In this document: positions 8,843 to 18,598 of the stretch, one piece after another | Numbering within the stretch: the stretch's first letter is position 1 | How the letters are laid out: the number at the start of each line of letters is the position of its first letter | Assembly (NCBI GenBank): GCA_965204745.1 | Contig: OZ242010.1 | Coordinates: forward strand, 3,008,001 to 3,072,000 | Direction: 5' to 3' | Source of the DNA: Candidatus Latescibacterota bacterium | GTDB taxonomy: Bacteria; Latescibacterota; UBA2968 | Length of the DNA: 64,000 bases | Position numbers and translations under genes: made by a program | Notes under the pieces: generated by a model | What the model saw: only the letters and a program-made list of their open reading frames with translations | Database searches by the model: none | Told to the model about the DNA's origin: nothing

Positions 8843-10075
8843 TCAACCATTTACGCAGTCTTCCGGGCGGATTTGATCCAAGCGTTGGATGACGTCCTTG
8901 GGCTGGATGCGGGTTTTGAAGAAGAAGACGTGCCCGGGCACATCCTCGAAATCCTTCTCTTCCACATTGAGATCGCGGGAGACCGCGACGACGAGGTCTT
9001 TGCGCCGGGCAAGGCGGAGTTTGTCGAGTTTGCGGCGCAGGTAATCCGGATGCCAGAAGCCGACGATTTCGAGCAGGGCCGTGCGCCCGTCCGGATGTCG
9101 GAAGGCGAAATCGGGGATGAAGACCGTGTACTTGAGGTTCACAATTTCGGTTTCGCGCTCGAGTTGCCAGTCGGTTTTGGCCTTTTCAAAACGCACGGCA
9201 AAGGTTTCTTCGAGGAGCGAATCGTACGCGGTTTGGTCTTTGTAGTGCGACGACAAGTCGTGGTTGTGGTCCAAGACAAAGTCGCCTTCTCGACCGTCTT
9301 TGAGCCGGACCGTGGCCTCCATTTTCCAGCGCGTACACAAGAGCAGGGCCGGGAGGAAGACCGCCATCTGAATCCCGTACTTTTGCGATAGGCGAAACAG
9401 GCTGATGGGGCCGTCCAAGACGATTTCGTACCCCGCGTCCCGGTCGCCGCGGATGTCGTGGATCAGGCGGTAGAACTTGATGAATTTGAAGAGCTGTTTG
9501 TAGCGCACGGGCAGGTTGCGATGCACCGAGAGGCGCATGCGCGTGCAGCGATAGAACATGGCTTGGGCCAGGGCCACGTTATAGCGATTGAGCAACCACG
9601 CGGGATCGGGCGCGTCAAAGTGGTCGAGGAGGTGGTTGAGGGGCAGGTCCGCGTACAAGCCGTGCGCGATGTTTTCCGCAGCGGTCTGGTATTGGAGGGC
9701 GACTTGGTCGAGGATGTGTTCGCACGTGACCGGGTAGAGGACGTCGGGTTCGCGCACGATGGGGTGGTTTTCCCGGCTGAGCGCGAAGACCCGCGTGCGG
9801 ATTTCTTCCGGTTCGGCGATGCTGTCGATGCGAAACTCGCAGCGGTTGTCTTCGAGCAATTTGGCAAGGCCGCGCTGAATGCGATAATCCGTGGATTCCG
9901 CGGCGCGCATGTCCAACGCGCCGTGCAATTCCCCGCGGGATTTGCCCTGGTGATCCGCGAAGATGGCGATCATTTCCTGCGCCAACGCAATGATGCCGGG
10001 CGCGGTCACATCCACATAGCGCGGCTCGATGTACGGCCCGCGCCGGCGCACGAGCAAGAGGTCAGAGGTGAGCAT
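8843..10075 (-). CDS. DUF790 family (Bax1-like) predicted endonuclease
   Basis: MLTSDLL, LYADL, RYNVALAQ, DGP-SLF....KYG, FIPDFAF...LEIVGFW..DYL..KL. Confidence 0.85.
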   Translation of the reverse strand: MLTSDLLLVRRRGPYIEPRYVDVTAPGIIALAQEMIAIFADHQGKSRGELHGALDMRAAESTDYRIQRGLAKLLEDNRCEFRIDSIAEPEEIRTRVFALSRENHPIVREPDVLYPVTCEHILDQVALQYQTAAENIAHGLYADLPLNHLLDHFDAPDPAWLLNRYNVALAQAMFYRCTRMRLSVHRNLPVRYKQLFKFIKFYRLIHDIRGDRDAGYEIVLDGPISLFRLSQKYGIQMAVFLPALLLCTRWKMEATVRLKDGREGDFVLDHNHDLSSHYKDQTAYDSLLEETFAVRFEKAKTDWQLERETEIVNLKYTVFIPDFAFRHPDGRTALLEIVGFWHPDYLRRKLDKLRLARRKDLVVAVSRDLNVEEKDFEDVPGHVFFFKTRIQPKDVIQRLDQIRPEDCVNG

Positions 10076-10992
10076 TATTCGGCGTAGGAATGGGCGTCGT
10101 CGAGGTCGAGGAGGTCAAACCACGTCTTGACGTCCGTGCGGCCTGGGGCCACGCGGTCGCGCATGGCGTTGAAAAATTTAAGTTGCTGATCGCCTTCGGG
10201 GCCTTTGCCAGACAGGGCCGCGTTCATCTGCGCGATTTCATCTGGGGTGCGATCCGCGTGTTCGAGAACCCATTCGACGCCAAGGGCGAGGTGGATCCCG
10301 GGTTTAATTTGGGTGCGATCCGTGTGTTCGAGAACCCATTCCCCGAGTTCGATGTCGTTGACGTGGTGATAGGCCGCGTCTTGGAATTGATCCGCGGAGA
10401 TGCCGAGGAAGCCGAGGATGGCTTGGTCCAAGGGGCTGTTGTAGATGTACCCGTTCAATTTGTCGATCCGCGCGGCCCGCGCTTTATCGGCCATGCGCGA
10501 CACGCCGTACAGGCCGGCAACATCGCGGTTGTAGGGCGAGCGCGGCGCCCGTTGCGTGAGGTCCGTTTCGCGGAAACAACCCCAGTCGTCGAGTTCCATG
10601 GATTGGAGCATGGTTTTCACTTTGTCGGGGTCCGCGTCGTATTTTTCGAGGCGATCTTTCAGGCGTTGGCGGCTCGCGTCGTCAAAAGGCTCCCAGGCGA
10701 GGAGGTCATCGTTGTACGCTTGGATTTCGCGTTCTGTTTTCGGGGCGTTTTCGCGCAACCAGTCGCAGAGTTCCGCGTCGTCCATGCGCTGCGCCGCGTC
10801 TGCAAATTCACCTTGCGAGAGGCCGAGAAATTCGAGCACGATTTTGTCCAAGCCCGAGTTGTCGCCATAGAGGTGGTCGCCCATCGTGCCCGCGCAATGC
10901 GCCCGCGCCTTATCGGTCAATCGCGCCAGCGAGACAATGCCGAGCATCGAGATGTTGCTCGGCCGGCGCGGCGGTTGTTTGGTGAGGTCCAT
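10075..10992 (-). CDS. DUF5069 domain protein (two tandem domains)
   Basis: DLT...PR-P...G.....R..DKARA...Y....LD...L-FLG module occurs twice. Confidence 0.75.
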   Translation of the reverse strand: MDLTKQPPRRPSNISMLGIVSLARLTDKARAHCAGTMGDHLYGDNSGLDKIVLEFLGLSQGEFADAAQRMDDAELCDWLRENAPKTEREIQAYNDDLLAWEPFDDASRQRLKDRLEKYDADPDKVKTMLQSMELDDWGCFRETDLTQRAPRSPYNRDVAGLYGVSRMADKARAARIDKLNGYIYNSPLDQAILGFLGISADQFQDAAYHHVNDIELGEWVLEHTDRTQIKPGIHLALGVEWVLEHADRTPDEIAQMNAALSGKGPEGDQQLKFFNAMRDRVAPGRTDVKTWFDLLDLDDAHSYAE

Positions 10993-11129
10993 AGATATGC
11001 CTTTCTAAGTGAATGGGGTTTTGGATGGCTTCGAGCGCAATATAGCCTTGGATTGGCTTCAGTGCAAGATTACTCTGCCCCATCCAAATTCGCATTACGA
11101 GATGGCTTGTTTTTTTGAAGATAAAACAA

Positions 11130-11200
11130 TTGACTTTTGAAACGCGAATTACTAAGTTAAGGCCGGTGTCACGTTGTGGTGAATTGTGGTGGATGAGGGG
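11130..11200 (+). promoter_or_regulatory. Sigma70-type dcw promoter with MraZ-box-like repeats
   Basis: TTGACT-17 bp-TAAGTT (11130-11158), then TTGTGGT repeated with 10-nt period upstream of mraZ. Confidence 0.65.
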
Positions 11201-11245
11201 TTTAGGCATATCGGCTTGTAAAATTAGTTCCCTTGGGTTTTCCGC

Positions 11246-11695
11246 ATGTCCAATAATCGCCCACAATTTTTTGGGGAATTTGAAAACATCCCCATCGACG
11301 CGAAGAACCGGTTGATCGTGCCCGCGCCATTGCGAAACGCGTTGCCCAATGGGGTGACGACCATTATCGTCACGCAGTGGTTCGATGGCTGTTTGGCGGC
11401 GTTCGACCCCGAGGGCTGGCGGCAACTCATCGATCAACTGCTCAGTATGGGCCATTCACAAGTTAAGACGAGACAACTGGTTCGGAAAATGGCGGGGAGC
11501 GCGTCAGAAGTCAAACTCGACCGCCAAGGCCGCGCCTTGATCCCGCGAAAGCGGTTGGATTCGGTCGGCATTTCAGACCGCGCAACCCTCACGGGCGTGA
11601 TCGACAAAATTGAAATTTGGGACCCCGACCGGTATGACGAAGCACAAGACAACACGGATCTCGAGAGCATCGCAGAAAATTTGGAATGGTATTGA
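11246..11695 (+). CDS. mraZ: Division/cell wall cluster repressor MraZ
   Basis: FFGE....IDAKNRL-VP, LDRQGR-LIP, IEIWD. Confidence 0.95.
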   Translation: MSNNRPQFFGEFENIPIDAKNRLIVPAPLRNALPNGVTTIIVTQWFDGCLAAFDPEGWRQLIDQLLSMGHSQVKTRQLVRKMAGSASEVKLDRQGRALIPRKRLDSVGISDRATLTGVIDKIEIWDPDRYDEAQDNTDLESIAENLEWY

Positions 11696-11769
11696 ATATT
11701 CCGAAATACAGAATAAATATGCAGAATAAATATTCGCATACTCGACTATCCTAAAAAAAACAATCTGTT

Positions 11770-12744
11770 ATGCACCACAAGGCTCCGGCATATCACGTCC
11801 CAGTTTTGGGGTCAGCCGTGTCAAATTACCTCGTAACCGACCCCGATGGAATATACGTCGATGCCACGTTGGGCGGGGGTGGGCACGCCGAACTGTTGCT
11901 CGAGTGCTTGGGAGAATCTGGCAAATTGATCGGCATCGACCGCGATCCTCGTGCCATCGCGGTTGCGACCAAACATTTGAGCGCGTTCGCAGATCGGGTC
12001 TGCGCGGTGCGAGCACCTTTTTGGAATCTCCGCGAGATCTTGACCGCTCGGGGCATCGCGTCTATCGCGGGTATTTTGTTCGATTTGGGGGTCTCGTCTC
12101 ACCAGATCGACCAGGCGGATCGCGGGTTCAGTTTTCAGCGAGATGGCCCGCTCGATATGCGAATGGGCCCGGATGCACCATGCACGGCCCGCGACGTGGT
12201 CAATTTGTATTCGCAACGAGACTTGACCCGCATCATCAAAACTTATGGCGAAGAGCGCGCGGCCGGGCGCATCGCCCGCGCGATTTGCCAGAACAGACCT
12301 TTTGATCGCACGGGCGATTTGGCCCGGGTGATTGCGCGTCACAGTTGGGGGCCGCAACGACGCAAAACACTCGCGCGGGTTTTTCAAGCCCTCCGCATCG
12401 AGGTCAATGACGAGTTGACGCATCTCGAAGACGCGCTCCAAACCGCGGTTGATTTGCTTCAACCCGGCGGGCGCGTCGGGGTTTTGTCGTATCACGGATT
12501 AGAGCACCGCGTAGTCAAACGGGTTTTTGAACGGGGCACGCGCGATTGTATTGGGCCGGTCGATCTGCCCGTGTGCGCTTGCAACCGACGGCCCGTGTTG
12601 ACGCTACCAACGCGGCGGCCCCTCCGCCCAGACGAATCGGAGATCGCCCAAAACCCCCGAGCGCGCAGCGCGGCGTTTCGCGTGGCGCAACGCCTCGAGG
12701 TTTCCGCGCAACCATGGGCATGTCATCGAGGAACTCGGTCGTGA
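11770..12744 (+). CDS. rsmH: 16S rRNA C1402 N4-methyltransferase
   Basis: HVPVL, DATLGGGGH, DLGVSSHQID...RGFSF...GPLDMRM, FQALRIEVNDEL, NPRARSA. Confidence 0.96.
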   Translation: MHHKAPAYHVPVLGSAVSNYLVTDPDGIYVDATLGGGGHAELLLECLGESGKLIGIDRDPRAIAVATKHLSAFADRVCAVRAPFWNLREILTARGIASIAGILFDLGVSSHQIDQADRGFSFQRDGPLDMRMGPDAPCTARDVVNLYSQRDLTRIIKTYGEERAAGRIARAICQNRPFDRTGDLARVIARHSWGPQRRKTLARVFQALRIEVNDELTHLEDALQTAVDLLQPGGRVGVLSYHGLEHRVVKRVFERGTRDCIGPVDLPVCACNRRPVLTLPTRRPLRPDESEIAQNPRARSAAFRVAQRLEVSAQPWACHRGTRS

Positions 12745-13079
12745 AATTTATTCGGAAAATGAAGCGCGACATCGCGTCGAAGAAGCCGGATCCAGAACCG
12801 CGCCAGCCGTGGGGAATTTATCGCTCTGGGCTTTTGGCGGTCATTATTTTGGTCTTGGGCCTGTTGATTTACATGTGGGGGCACGTGCAAACCCTGCGAC
12901 AGGGCCGGGAGATCGACCGGTTGCGCGCCGAGCGCAAGACCTTGTTGCACCGGCAAGCGCGGCTCACAGCGCGCACGGCGGGGTTGAAGCAGAGCAATCG
13001 CATCCGCGATATCGCCGCGCGCGACTTGGGCATGGTGTTCCCAACTGAGCCGCCGAAGAATTTGTATTTGAGCAGGTAA
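12741..13079 (+). CDS. ftsL: Cell division protein FtsL
   Basis: Single TM helix plus coiled coil ending RI..IA...LGM; lies between rsmH and ftsI; GTG start overlaps the rsmH stop. Confidence 0.8.
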   Translation: MKFIRKMKRDIASKKPDPEPRQPWGIYRSGLLAVIILVLGLLIYMWGHVQTLRQGREIDRLRAERKTLLHRQARLTARTAGLKQSNRIRDIAARDLGMVFPTEPPKNLYLSR

Positions 13080-13084
13080 ATTTT

Positions 13085-15157
13085 ATGGATACCCGATTGA
13101 AAATCATCGCGCTGTGCGGCCTGGGATTCGCGCTGCTATTGGCGTTTCGGCTGGCGTCTTTGCAGGTCTGGTCCGTAGATGCGTACGCGGATCAGGCGCG
13201 CAGCCAGCACGTCAAGAAGCGGGTTTTGCAAGCGATCAGGGGGCGCGTTTTTGATCGGCACGGCCAGGTGTTGGCGACCAATCTCGAATCCCAATCGTTT
13301 TTTCTCAATCGCATCTCGGACCGCGACAGCATGCGGCAGATCGCCGTGCAATTCTCCCAGCGGTCCGGGCAGGACGAAGCCGCTATCCTCAAAAAGATCG
13401 ACCGCTCGCGCTCTTTTGTGTGGCTCGCCCGCCACGTCATCGACGCGCCATCGCCCGAGGAATTGCCCGAGGGCATCGGGCGCATCGTAGAGATGCGGCG
13501 CAGTTATCCGATGGGGTCGTTGGCCGGGCAGGTGTTGGGCTATACGGATACCGATGGAAAGGGCATCGAGGGCATCGAGCGCGCGTTTGATCCGCTGTTG
13601 AAGGGCAAGGCGGGCGAGTTGTCCGTGCGCGTGGATGCGCGCGGGCAGATGCTCAGCACCTTGGGCGCGGTTCGGCAGATGCCGGAAAATGGCGACGATT
13701 TGACGTTGACCATCGACGCGGATTATCAGGCCATTGCAGAGGAAGAGCTCCTCAAGGGGATGGAAAAATTCGACGCCAAGAGCGGCATTGCCATCGTGAT
13801 GGACCCGCAGACGGGCGATATTTTGGCCCTGGCAAACGCGCCGTATTACGATCCAAATGCGTTTTCAAAATCGGAACTTTGGGTGCGCCGCAACCGGGCC
13901 GTGACCGATCAGTTCGAGCCGGGGTCCACCTTTAAGGTCGTGGCTTTTGCCGCCGCGCTCGAGGCGGGGTTGGTCGATCCCGAAGAGAAAATTTTCTGTG
14001 AAAACGGGCGATTGCTCGTTGCGGGCGGCAAGGTGATCCGCGATACGCACCCGACCGACTGGCTGACCGCGCGGGAAGTGATGGAAGAATCGAGCAACAT
14101 CGGCACGATTAAAATCGCGCGCAAACTGGACAAAGGCCCGCTGTATCGGCAGATTCGCATGTTCGGCTTTGGCGCGAAAACCGGCGTGGATTTGCCGGGC
14201 GAAGTCGCGGGCCAATTGCGGCATCCGGATGCGTGGTCCAATCGCTCGCTGGAAACCATCTGCATCGGGCAAGAGATCGCCGCGACCGCCCTTCAAGTCG
14301 CCGCGGCATACAGCGCGATAGCCAATGGCGGGCGGCTGATGACCCCGCGCATTTTCATCCAAGCGTCTCGGGAAGGCACGCAGACGGTCGAAGAAGGGGC
14401 GGCCAAAACGATTCGGCGGGTGATGTCGCCCCAAACCGCGCGCACGCTCGCCGATATCCTCGAGGGCGTTGTGGCGCGCGGCACGGGCAAAACCGCGCGC
14501 ATCCCCGGGTATCGAGTCGCTGGAAAAACCGGCACCGCGCAGCAGGTGAAGGAGGGGCAACCCGGGTACGACCCCAATCGCTACATCACGTCTTTTGTGG
14601 GATTTTTGCCGGTTGAACGCCCCGAACTCCTGTGTCTGGTCGCTATCGACAGCCCCAAAGATATCCACTGGGCGAGCATGGTTGCGGCGCCTGTGTTTAG
14701 CCGCATCGTGCAGCGCATCTTGAGCCTGCGCCAAGCCCCGTTGCGCCACAGCGCGCCCTTGGTGGAAGAACAGCCCCTCCCGCCTGCGCGTGCGGATATT
14801 CACTTGGTGGGCCTCTCGCGCAAAGCCGCGACCGACGCGCTCAACCGCTTGGGCATGACCTATCACATCGCGGGCGAGGGCGACCGGGTCGTGGGGCAAC
14901 ATGTGGATGTTGCGGAAAACAGCGTTTCCCTGTTTTTGTCCTCTGCGGCCACAGGGCAGCGCGACAGGGATGCAAAATCGCTTTACATGCCCGATGTGCG
15001 CGGGGCGCCCTTGCGCCAAGCGGTCGCACAACTGACGCAGTTGGGGCTTCAGATCAAAATTTCGGGCAGCGGCCGGGTCATCGCGCAAGTGCCCGATCCG
15101 GGGGTTCCGGTGAAACTGGGAACCGTGTGCGAGGTGGAATGCAAACGCGAAAGTTAG
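13085..15157 (+). CDS. ftsI: Penicillin-binding transpeptidase FtsI with PASTA domains
   Basis: RG...DR-G, EPGSTFK, SSN, GKTGTAQ; C-terminal PASTA repeats. Confidence 0.93.
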   Translation: MDTRLKIIALCGLGFALLLAFRLASLQVWSVDAYADQARSQHVKKRVLQAIRGRVFDRHGQVLATNLESQSFFLNRISDRDSMRQIAVQFSQRSGQDEAAILKKIDRSRSFVWLARHVIDAPSPEELPEGIGRIVEMRRSYPMGSLAGQVLGYTDTDGKGIEGIERAFDPLLKGKAGELSVRVDARGQMLSTLGAVRQMPENGDDLTLTIDADYQAIAEEELLKGMEKFDAKSGIAIVMDPQTGDILALANAPYYDPNAFSKSELWVRRNRAVTDQFEPGSTFKVVAFAAALEAGLVDPEEKIFCENGRLLVAGGKVIRDTHPTDWLTAREVMEESSNIGTIKIARKLDKGPLYRQIRMFGFGAKTGVDLPGEVAGQLRHPDAWSNRSLETICIGQEIAATALQVAAAYSAIANGGRLMTPRIFIQASREGTQTVEEGAAKTIRRVMSPQTARTLADILEGVVARGTGKTARIPGYRVAGKTGTAQQVKEGQPGYDPNRYITSFVGFLPVERPELLCLVAIDSPKDIHWASMVAAPVFSRIVQRILSLRQAPLRHSAPLVEEQPLPPARADIHLVGLSRKAATDALNRLGMTYHIAGEGDRVVGQHVDVAENSVSLFLSSAATGQRDRDAKSLYMPDVRGAPLRQAVAQLTQLGLQIKISGSGRVIAQVPDPGVPVKLGTVCEVECKRES

Positions 15158-15161
15158 AGCC

Positions 15162-16595
15162 ATGCGCCTGCAAAATTTGTTGGTCGATATCCCGCATCAC
15201 ACCTGCGGAACCAATCCCGATATCCGGGGCATTGCAACCCATTCGGGGCGCGTGCGAGAAGGCGACGTGTTTGTCGCGCTCGGTGGCGACGTGGATTTTG
15301 CAGACAGGCACCCCTTTGTTCCGCAGGCGGTTCGCGCAGGTGCCAAAGCCGTCGTTGCCGAGCGCGAAGTCGATGCGGGCGACACGGTGGTCGTGCAAAC
15401 CGAAAATACGCATCGCGCACTCGCGCATATCGCCCGCAGGTTTTACGGGTGCCCGACCGATGCGTTGACGATGATCGGGGTGACGGGCACGAATGGCAAG
15501 ACGTCGACCGCGCATCTCATCTACGCAGTGCTCGACGCGGCGGGGTTGGCACCGGGGTTGATTGGGACCATCGAACATCGACTCGGTCCAGACCGCGAGG
15601 TGTCGAATAATTCCACGCCGCAAGCGCACGACCTGCACCGCTTGTTTCGCGGGATGATCGACGCGGGTTGCCGGTCCGCCGTGATGGAGGTGACGTCGCA
15701 CGGGTTGGCACAAGATCGGGTGTTGGGCATCGATTACGACCTGGCCGCGTTCACCAATTTGACGCGGGATCACCTCGATTATCACGACACGCCAGCGGCG
15801 TACTTGGCGGCCAAGGCGCGGCTTTTTGACGGTCTGCGACCAGAGGCTTACGCGATAGTCAATGCGGATGATGCGGCGTGCGGCGCATTGATCAAAAACT
15901 GTTCGGCGCGCTTGTGGCATTATGGGCGGTCGCGCGATGCGCGGGTGCGGATTGTGGATGGGCGGGCGAAGCGGCTTTGGTTGCAAACGCCGGTTGGCGA
16001 GATGGCGCTAGAACTCGCGCTGCAGGGGGCGTTTCAATTGTACAATGTCGCGGCCGCGGTCAGCGTTGGTTTGGCACTGGGGGTCGCGCCTGAAATTATC
16101 GCGGAGGCGTTGCGCGAGGTTCGGGTGCCGGGGCGGTTTGAAGGCGTTGATTGCGGGCAGGATTTTGCGGTGGTTGTCGATTATGCCCACGCGCCCGACG
16201 GGTTGAAAAACGTGTTGCAAACCGCGCGCACGTCTGCCGATGGGCGGTTGATTTGCGTGTTTGGTTGCGGCGGGGACCGCGACCGAGGCAAGCGTCCCAC
16301 GATGGGCGCGTTGGCCGCGCAACTGGCGGATTTGTCGGTGGTGACGTCGGACAACCCGCGCACCGAAGACCCGGACGCGATTATCGCCGATATTTTGCCC
16401 GGCATGGGAGATGCGCCGCATCTCGTCGAACCGGATCGCAGGCGGGCTATCGAAAAGGCGATAGCCAAAGCGCGGCCCGGGGATTTGGTGTTGATCGCGG
16501 GCAAAGGGCACGAGGATTATCAGGAAGTTTGCGGGGTGAAGACCCCATTTGACGACCGCGAAGTTGCACGGGAAATTTTGCGATGGAAGGTTTGA
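15162..16595 (+). CDS. murE: UDP-MurNAc-dipeptide:meso-DAP ligase
   Basis: GVTGTNGKTS, TNLTRDHLDYH, DYAHAPDG, TSDNPR, AGKGHE. Confidence 0.96.
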   Translation: MRLQNLLVDIPHHTCGTNPDIRGIATHSGRVREGDVFVALGGDVDFADRHPFVPQAVRAGAKAVVAEREVDAGDTVVVQTENTHRALAHIARRFYGCPTDALTMIGVTGTNGKTSTAHLIYAVLDAAGLAPGLIGTIEHRLGPDREVSNNSTPQAHDLHRLFRGMIDAGCRSAVMEVTSHGLAQDRVLGIDYDLAAFTNLTRDHLDYHDTPAAYLAAKARLFDGLRPEAYAIVNADDAACGALIKNCSARLWHYGRSRDARVRIVDGRAKRLWLQTPVGEMALELALQGAFQLYNVAAAVSVGLALGVAPEIIAEALREVRVPGRFEGVDCGQDFAVVVDYAHAPDGLKNVLQTARTSADGRLICVFGCGGDRDRGKRPTMGALAAQLADLSVVTSDNPRTEDPDAIIADILPGMGDAPHLVEPDRRRAIEKAIAKARPGDLVLIAGKGHEDYQEVCGVKTPFDDREVAREILRWKV

Positions 16596-17944
16596 CCCTA
16601 TCAGACGTGATCCGCGCGGTGCGAGGCCGCTGGCTGGGCAAAGGCGATCCCGCTGCGATTGTGCCCACGGGGGTGAGCATCGATACGCGCACGCTCGAGC
16701 CGGGCGACGTTTTTTTTGCCCTGCCCGGGGCGCGGGTGGACGGTCACCGATTTGTCGCCTCGGCATTTGAAAAGGGCGCGTGCGCGGCGGTGGTCGGCGA
16801 GCAGTGGGGCACATCCCCTGCTGACGTGATCGCAGTCGAGGCGACGGATTTGGCCTTGGGCGATTTGGCGCGGGCGTATCGCAGGCGGTTCGACATTCCG
16901 GTGATCGGCATTACCGGGAGCAATGGCAAGACCACCACAAAGGATATGGTGTCCGCGGTGTTGGGCACGCGGTACCGGGTTTTGGCGACGCAGGGCAATC
17001 GCAATAACCGGTTGGGCTTGCCGCTCACGCTGTGTCAGTTGTCCGCAAACTACGACGTGGCGGTGATCGAAATGGGCATTAGCGAACGCGGTGGCATGCG
17101 CTATTTGTGCGAGATTGCACAACCGACGATGGGGATGATCACCAACATCGGCCCCGCACATATTGAATTTTTTGGCTCCGTAGAGGGTGTGGCAAAAGCC
17201 AAAGGGGAACTTCTGGATTATCTAAATGAGTCCTCAGTGACTATCTTGAATCTCGATGATCCGTTTTTGTTCAAGGAGAGAGCAAATGTTAAGGGGAGAC
17301 TCCTTGGCATTGGCATCGAGCAGATATGTCAGTTTCGTGGGGAGGGACTCAAACTGGACCGGAAGGGCTTGGGTCATTTCTCTCTGCGGGGCCATTCTTT
17401 TTTTCTGCCCATTCCGGGCATGCACAATGCGTACAACGCGCTGATGGCCGCGGCCACGGGTTGGGCACTCGATGTACCGTTGGAAGATGCGGCCCATGCG
17501 CTGGCGAATTTCGCGCCGACCAAATTGAGAAGTCAGGTGCTAGAACGCGCTGGGATTCGCCTGATCAACGACGCGTACAATGCCAATCCCGCGTCGATGC
17601 GGGCCGCGCTGAAGACCCTCTCGCACATCGAGGTATCGGGCAGGCGGGTCGCTGTGGTGGGCGATATGCGCGAGTTGGGCACCATGACCTGCGATGCCCA
17701 CCGCGACTTGGGCCGCGAAGCCGGAAACCGGCAAATTGACGCCCTGTTCGCCCTGGGCGATATGGCGCCCTTAGTGGTCGAAGGCGGTCGCGCTGCGGGC
17801 ATGGCCCAAGCCTGGGCGTACGCGGATCGAGACGCACTGACCGGCGCGCTGCGGGCATATCTAAAGCCCGGGGATTGCATGCTCGTCAAAGGCTCGCGCG
17901 GCATTGCGATGGAAGGCATCGTCTCCGCGCTCGGATTTGGATGA
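16583..17944 (+). CDS. murF: UDP-MurNAc-tripeptide:D-Ala-D-Ala ligase
   Basis: GITGSNGKTTTKD, INDAYNANP, GDMRELG, VKGSRG. Confidence 0.96.
   Translation: MEGLTLSDVIRAVRGRWLGKGDPAAIVPTGVSIDTRTLEPGDVFFALPGARVDGHRFVASAFEKGACAAVVGEQWGTSPADVIAVEATDLALGDLARAYRRRFDIPVIGITGSNGKTTTKDMVSAVLGTRYRVLATQGNRNNRLGLPLTLCQLSANYDVAVIEMGISERGGMRYLCEIAQPTMGMITNIGPAHIEFFGSVEGVAKAKGELLDYLNESSVTILNLDDPFLFKERANVKGRLLGIGIEQICQFRGEGLKLDRKGLGHFSLRGHSFFLPIPGMHNAYNALMAAATGWALDVPLEDAAHALANFAPTKLRSQVLERAGIRLINDAYNANPASMRAALKTLSHIEVSGRRVAVVGDMRELGTMTCDAHRDLGREAGNRQIDALFALGDMAPLVVEGGRAAGMAQAWAYADRDALTGALRAYLKPGDCMLVKGSRGIAMEGIVSALGFG
17196..17370 (+). other. Rod-like nested hairpin embedded in the murF coding sequence
   Basis: Six collinear helices read by eye (see findings); locally atypical, lower-GC codon usage. 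Confidence 0.55.
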
Positions 17945-18130
17945 AGGACCTACCCCCTAACCCCCTTCCTGCGAGGAAGGGGGGAATGGCGAGAGGTTGT
18001 GCGAGGGGTTTGGGTTTCCAGGGCGTGATCTATTTGCTCAAAGCCATCAGAACAGCTAGGGAGACAAACCTTCAAAAAGCCATGCGCTCCCCCTTTCCTT
18101 GTAGGAAAGGGGGCCGGGGGGATAGGTCCT
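17945..18130. mobile_element. Palindromic MITE-like element
   Basis: Imperfect terminal inverted repeats AGGACCTACCCCC.../...GGGGGATAGGTCCT, each arm containing a CCCCCTTCCT-x-AGGAAGGGGG hairpin; a lone end copy at 28260-28285. Confidence 0.6.
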
Positions 18131-18266
18131 ACGAGGAAGGGGAAGAACATCCATCGTTCGTTTTAAGACCCGTTCTAAGGGGCGATTCTATAATGGATGA
18201 CACGTTCATGTCTTTGGATGATGGGTTGCAGCTTGCTTCTTACTCGCTTTCTACTCTTAATTCGCG

Positions 18267-18594
18267 TTGACAACCGACCACTGACAACTGACAACCGCCC
18301 CTACGATCTCACGTCTCGCCTTTGGGCGGGGCTGGGCGGCCTTCTCACCTCTTGCATCTCACCTCTCACCGCTTGGGGCGGTGGGGCGGGGACTGACAAC
18401 TGACCACTGACAACTGACCACTGACCACTGACCACCGCCTATTGCTTCGGGCGAGCACGGAGGCATCGCCCCTACACATATCGCTCACCTTTTGTGCCTT
18501 TTGTGCCTTTTGTGGCTAAAATTCCATCTCACCTCTTACCGCTTTGGGCGGCGGGGCGGGGACTGACAACTGACAACCGACCACTGACAACTGA
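18267..18594. repeat. Mosaic of (CTGACMA)n heptamers, CTCACCT-type heptamers, TTTGTGCCT repeats and a GTAG-type REP
   Basis: Tandem units directly visible; REP TGTAGGGGCGATGCCTCCGTGCTCGCCCGAA on the minus strand near 18447-18477. Confidence 0.85.
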
Positions 18595-18598
18595 TTTT

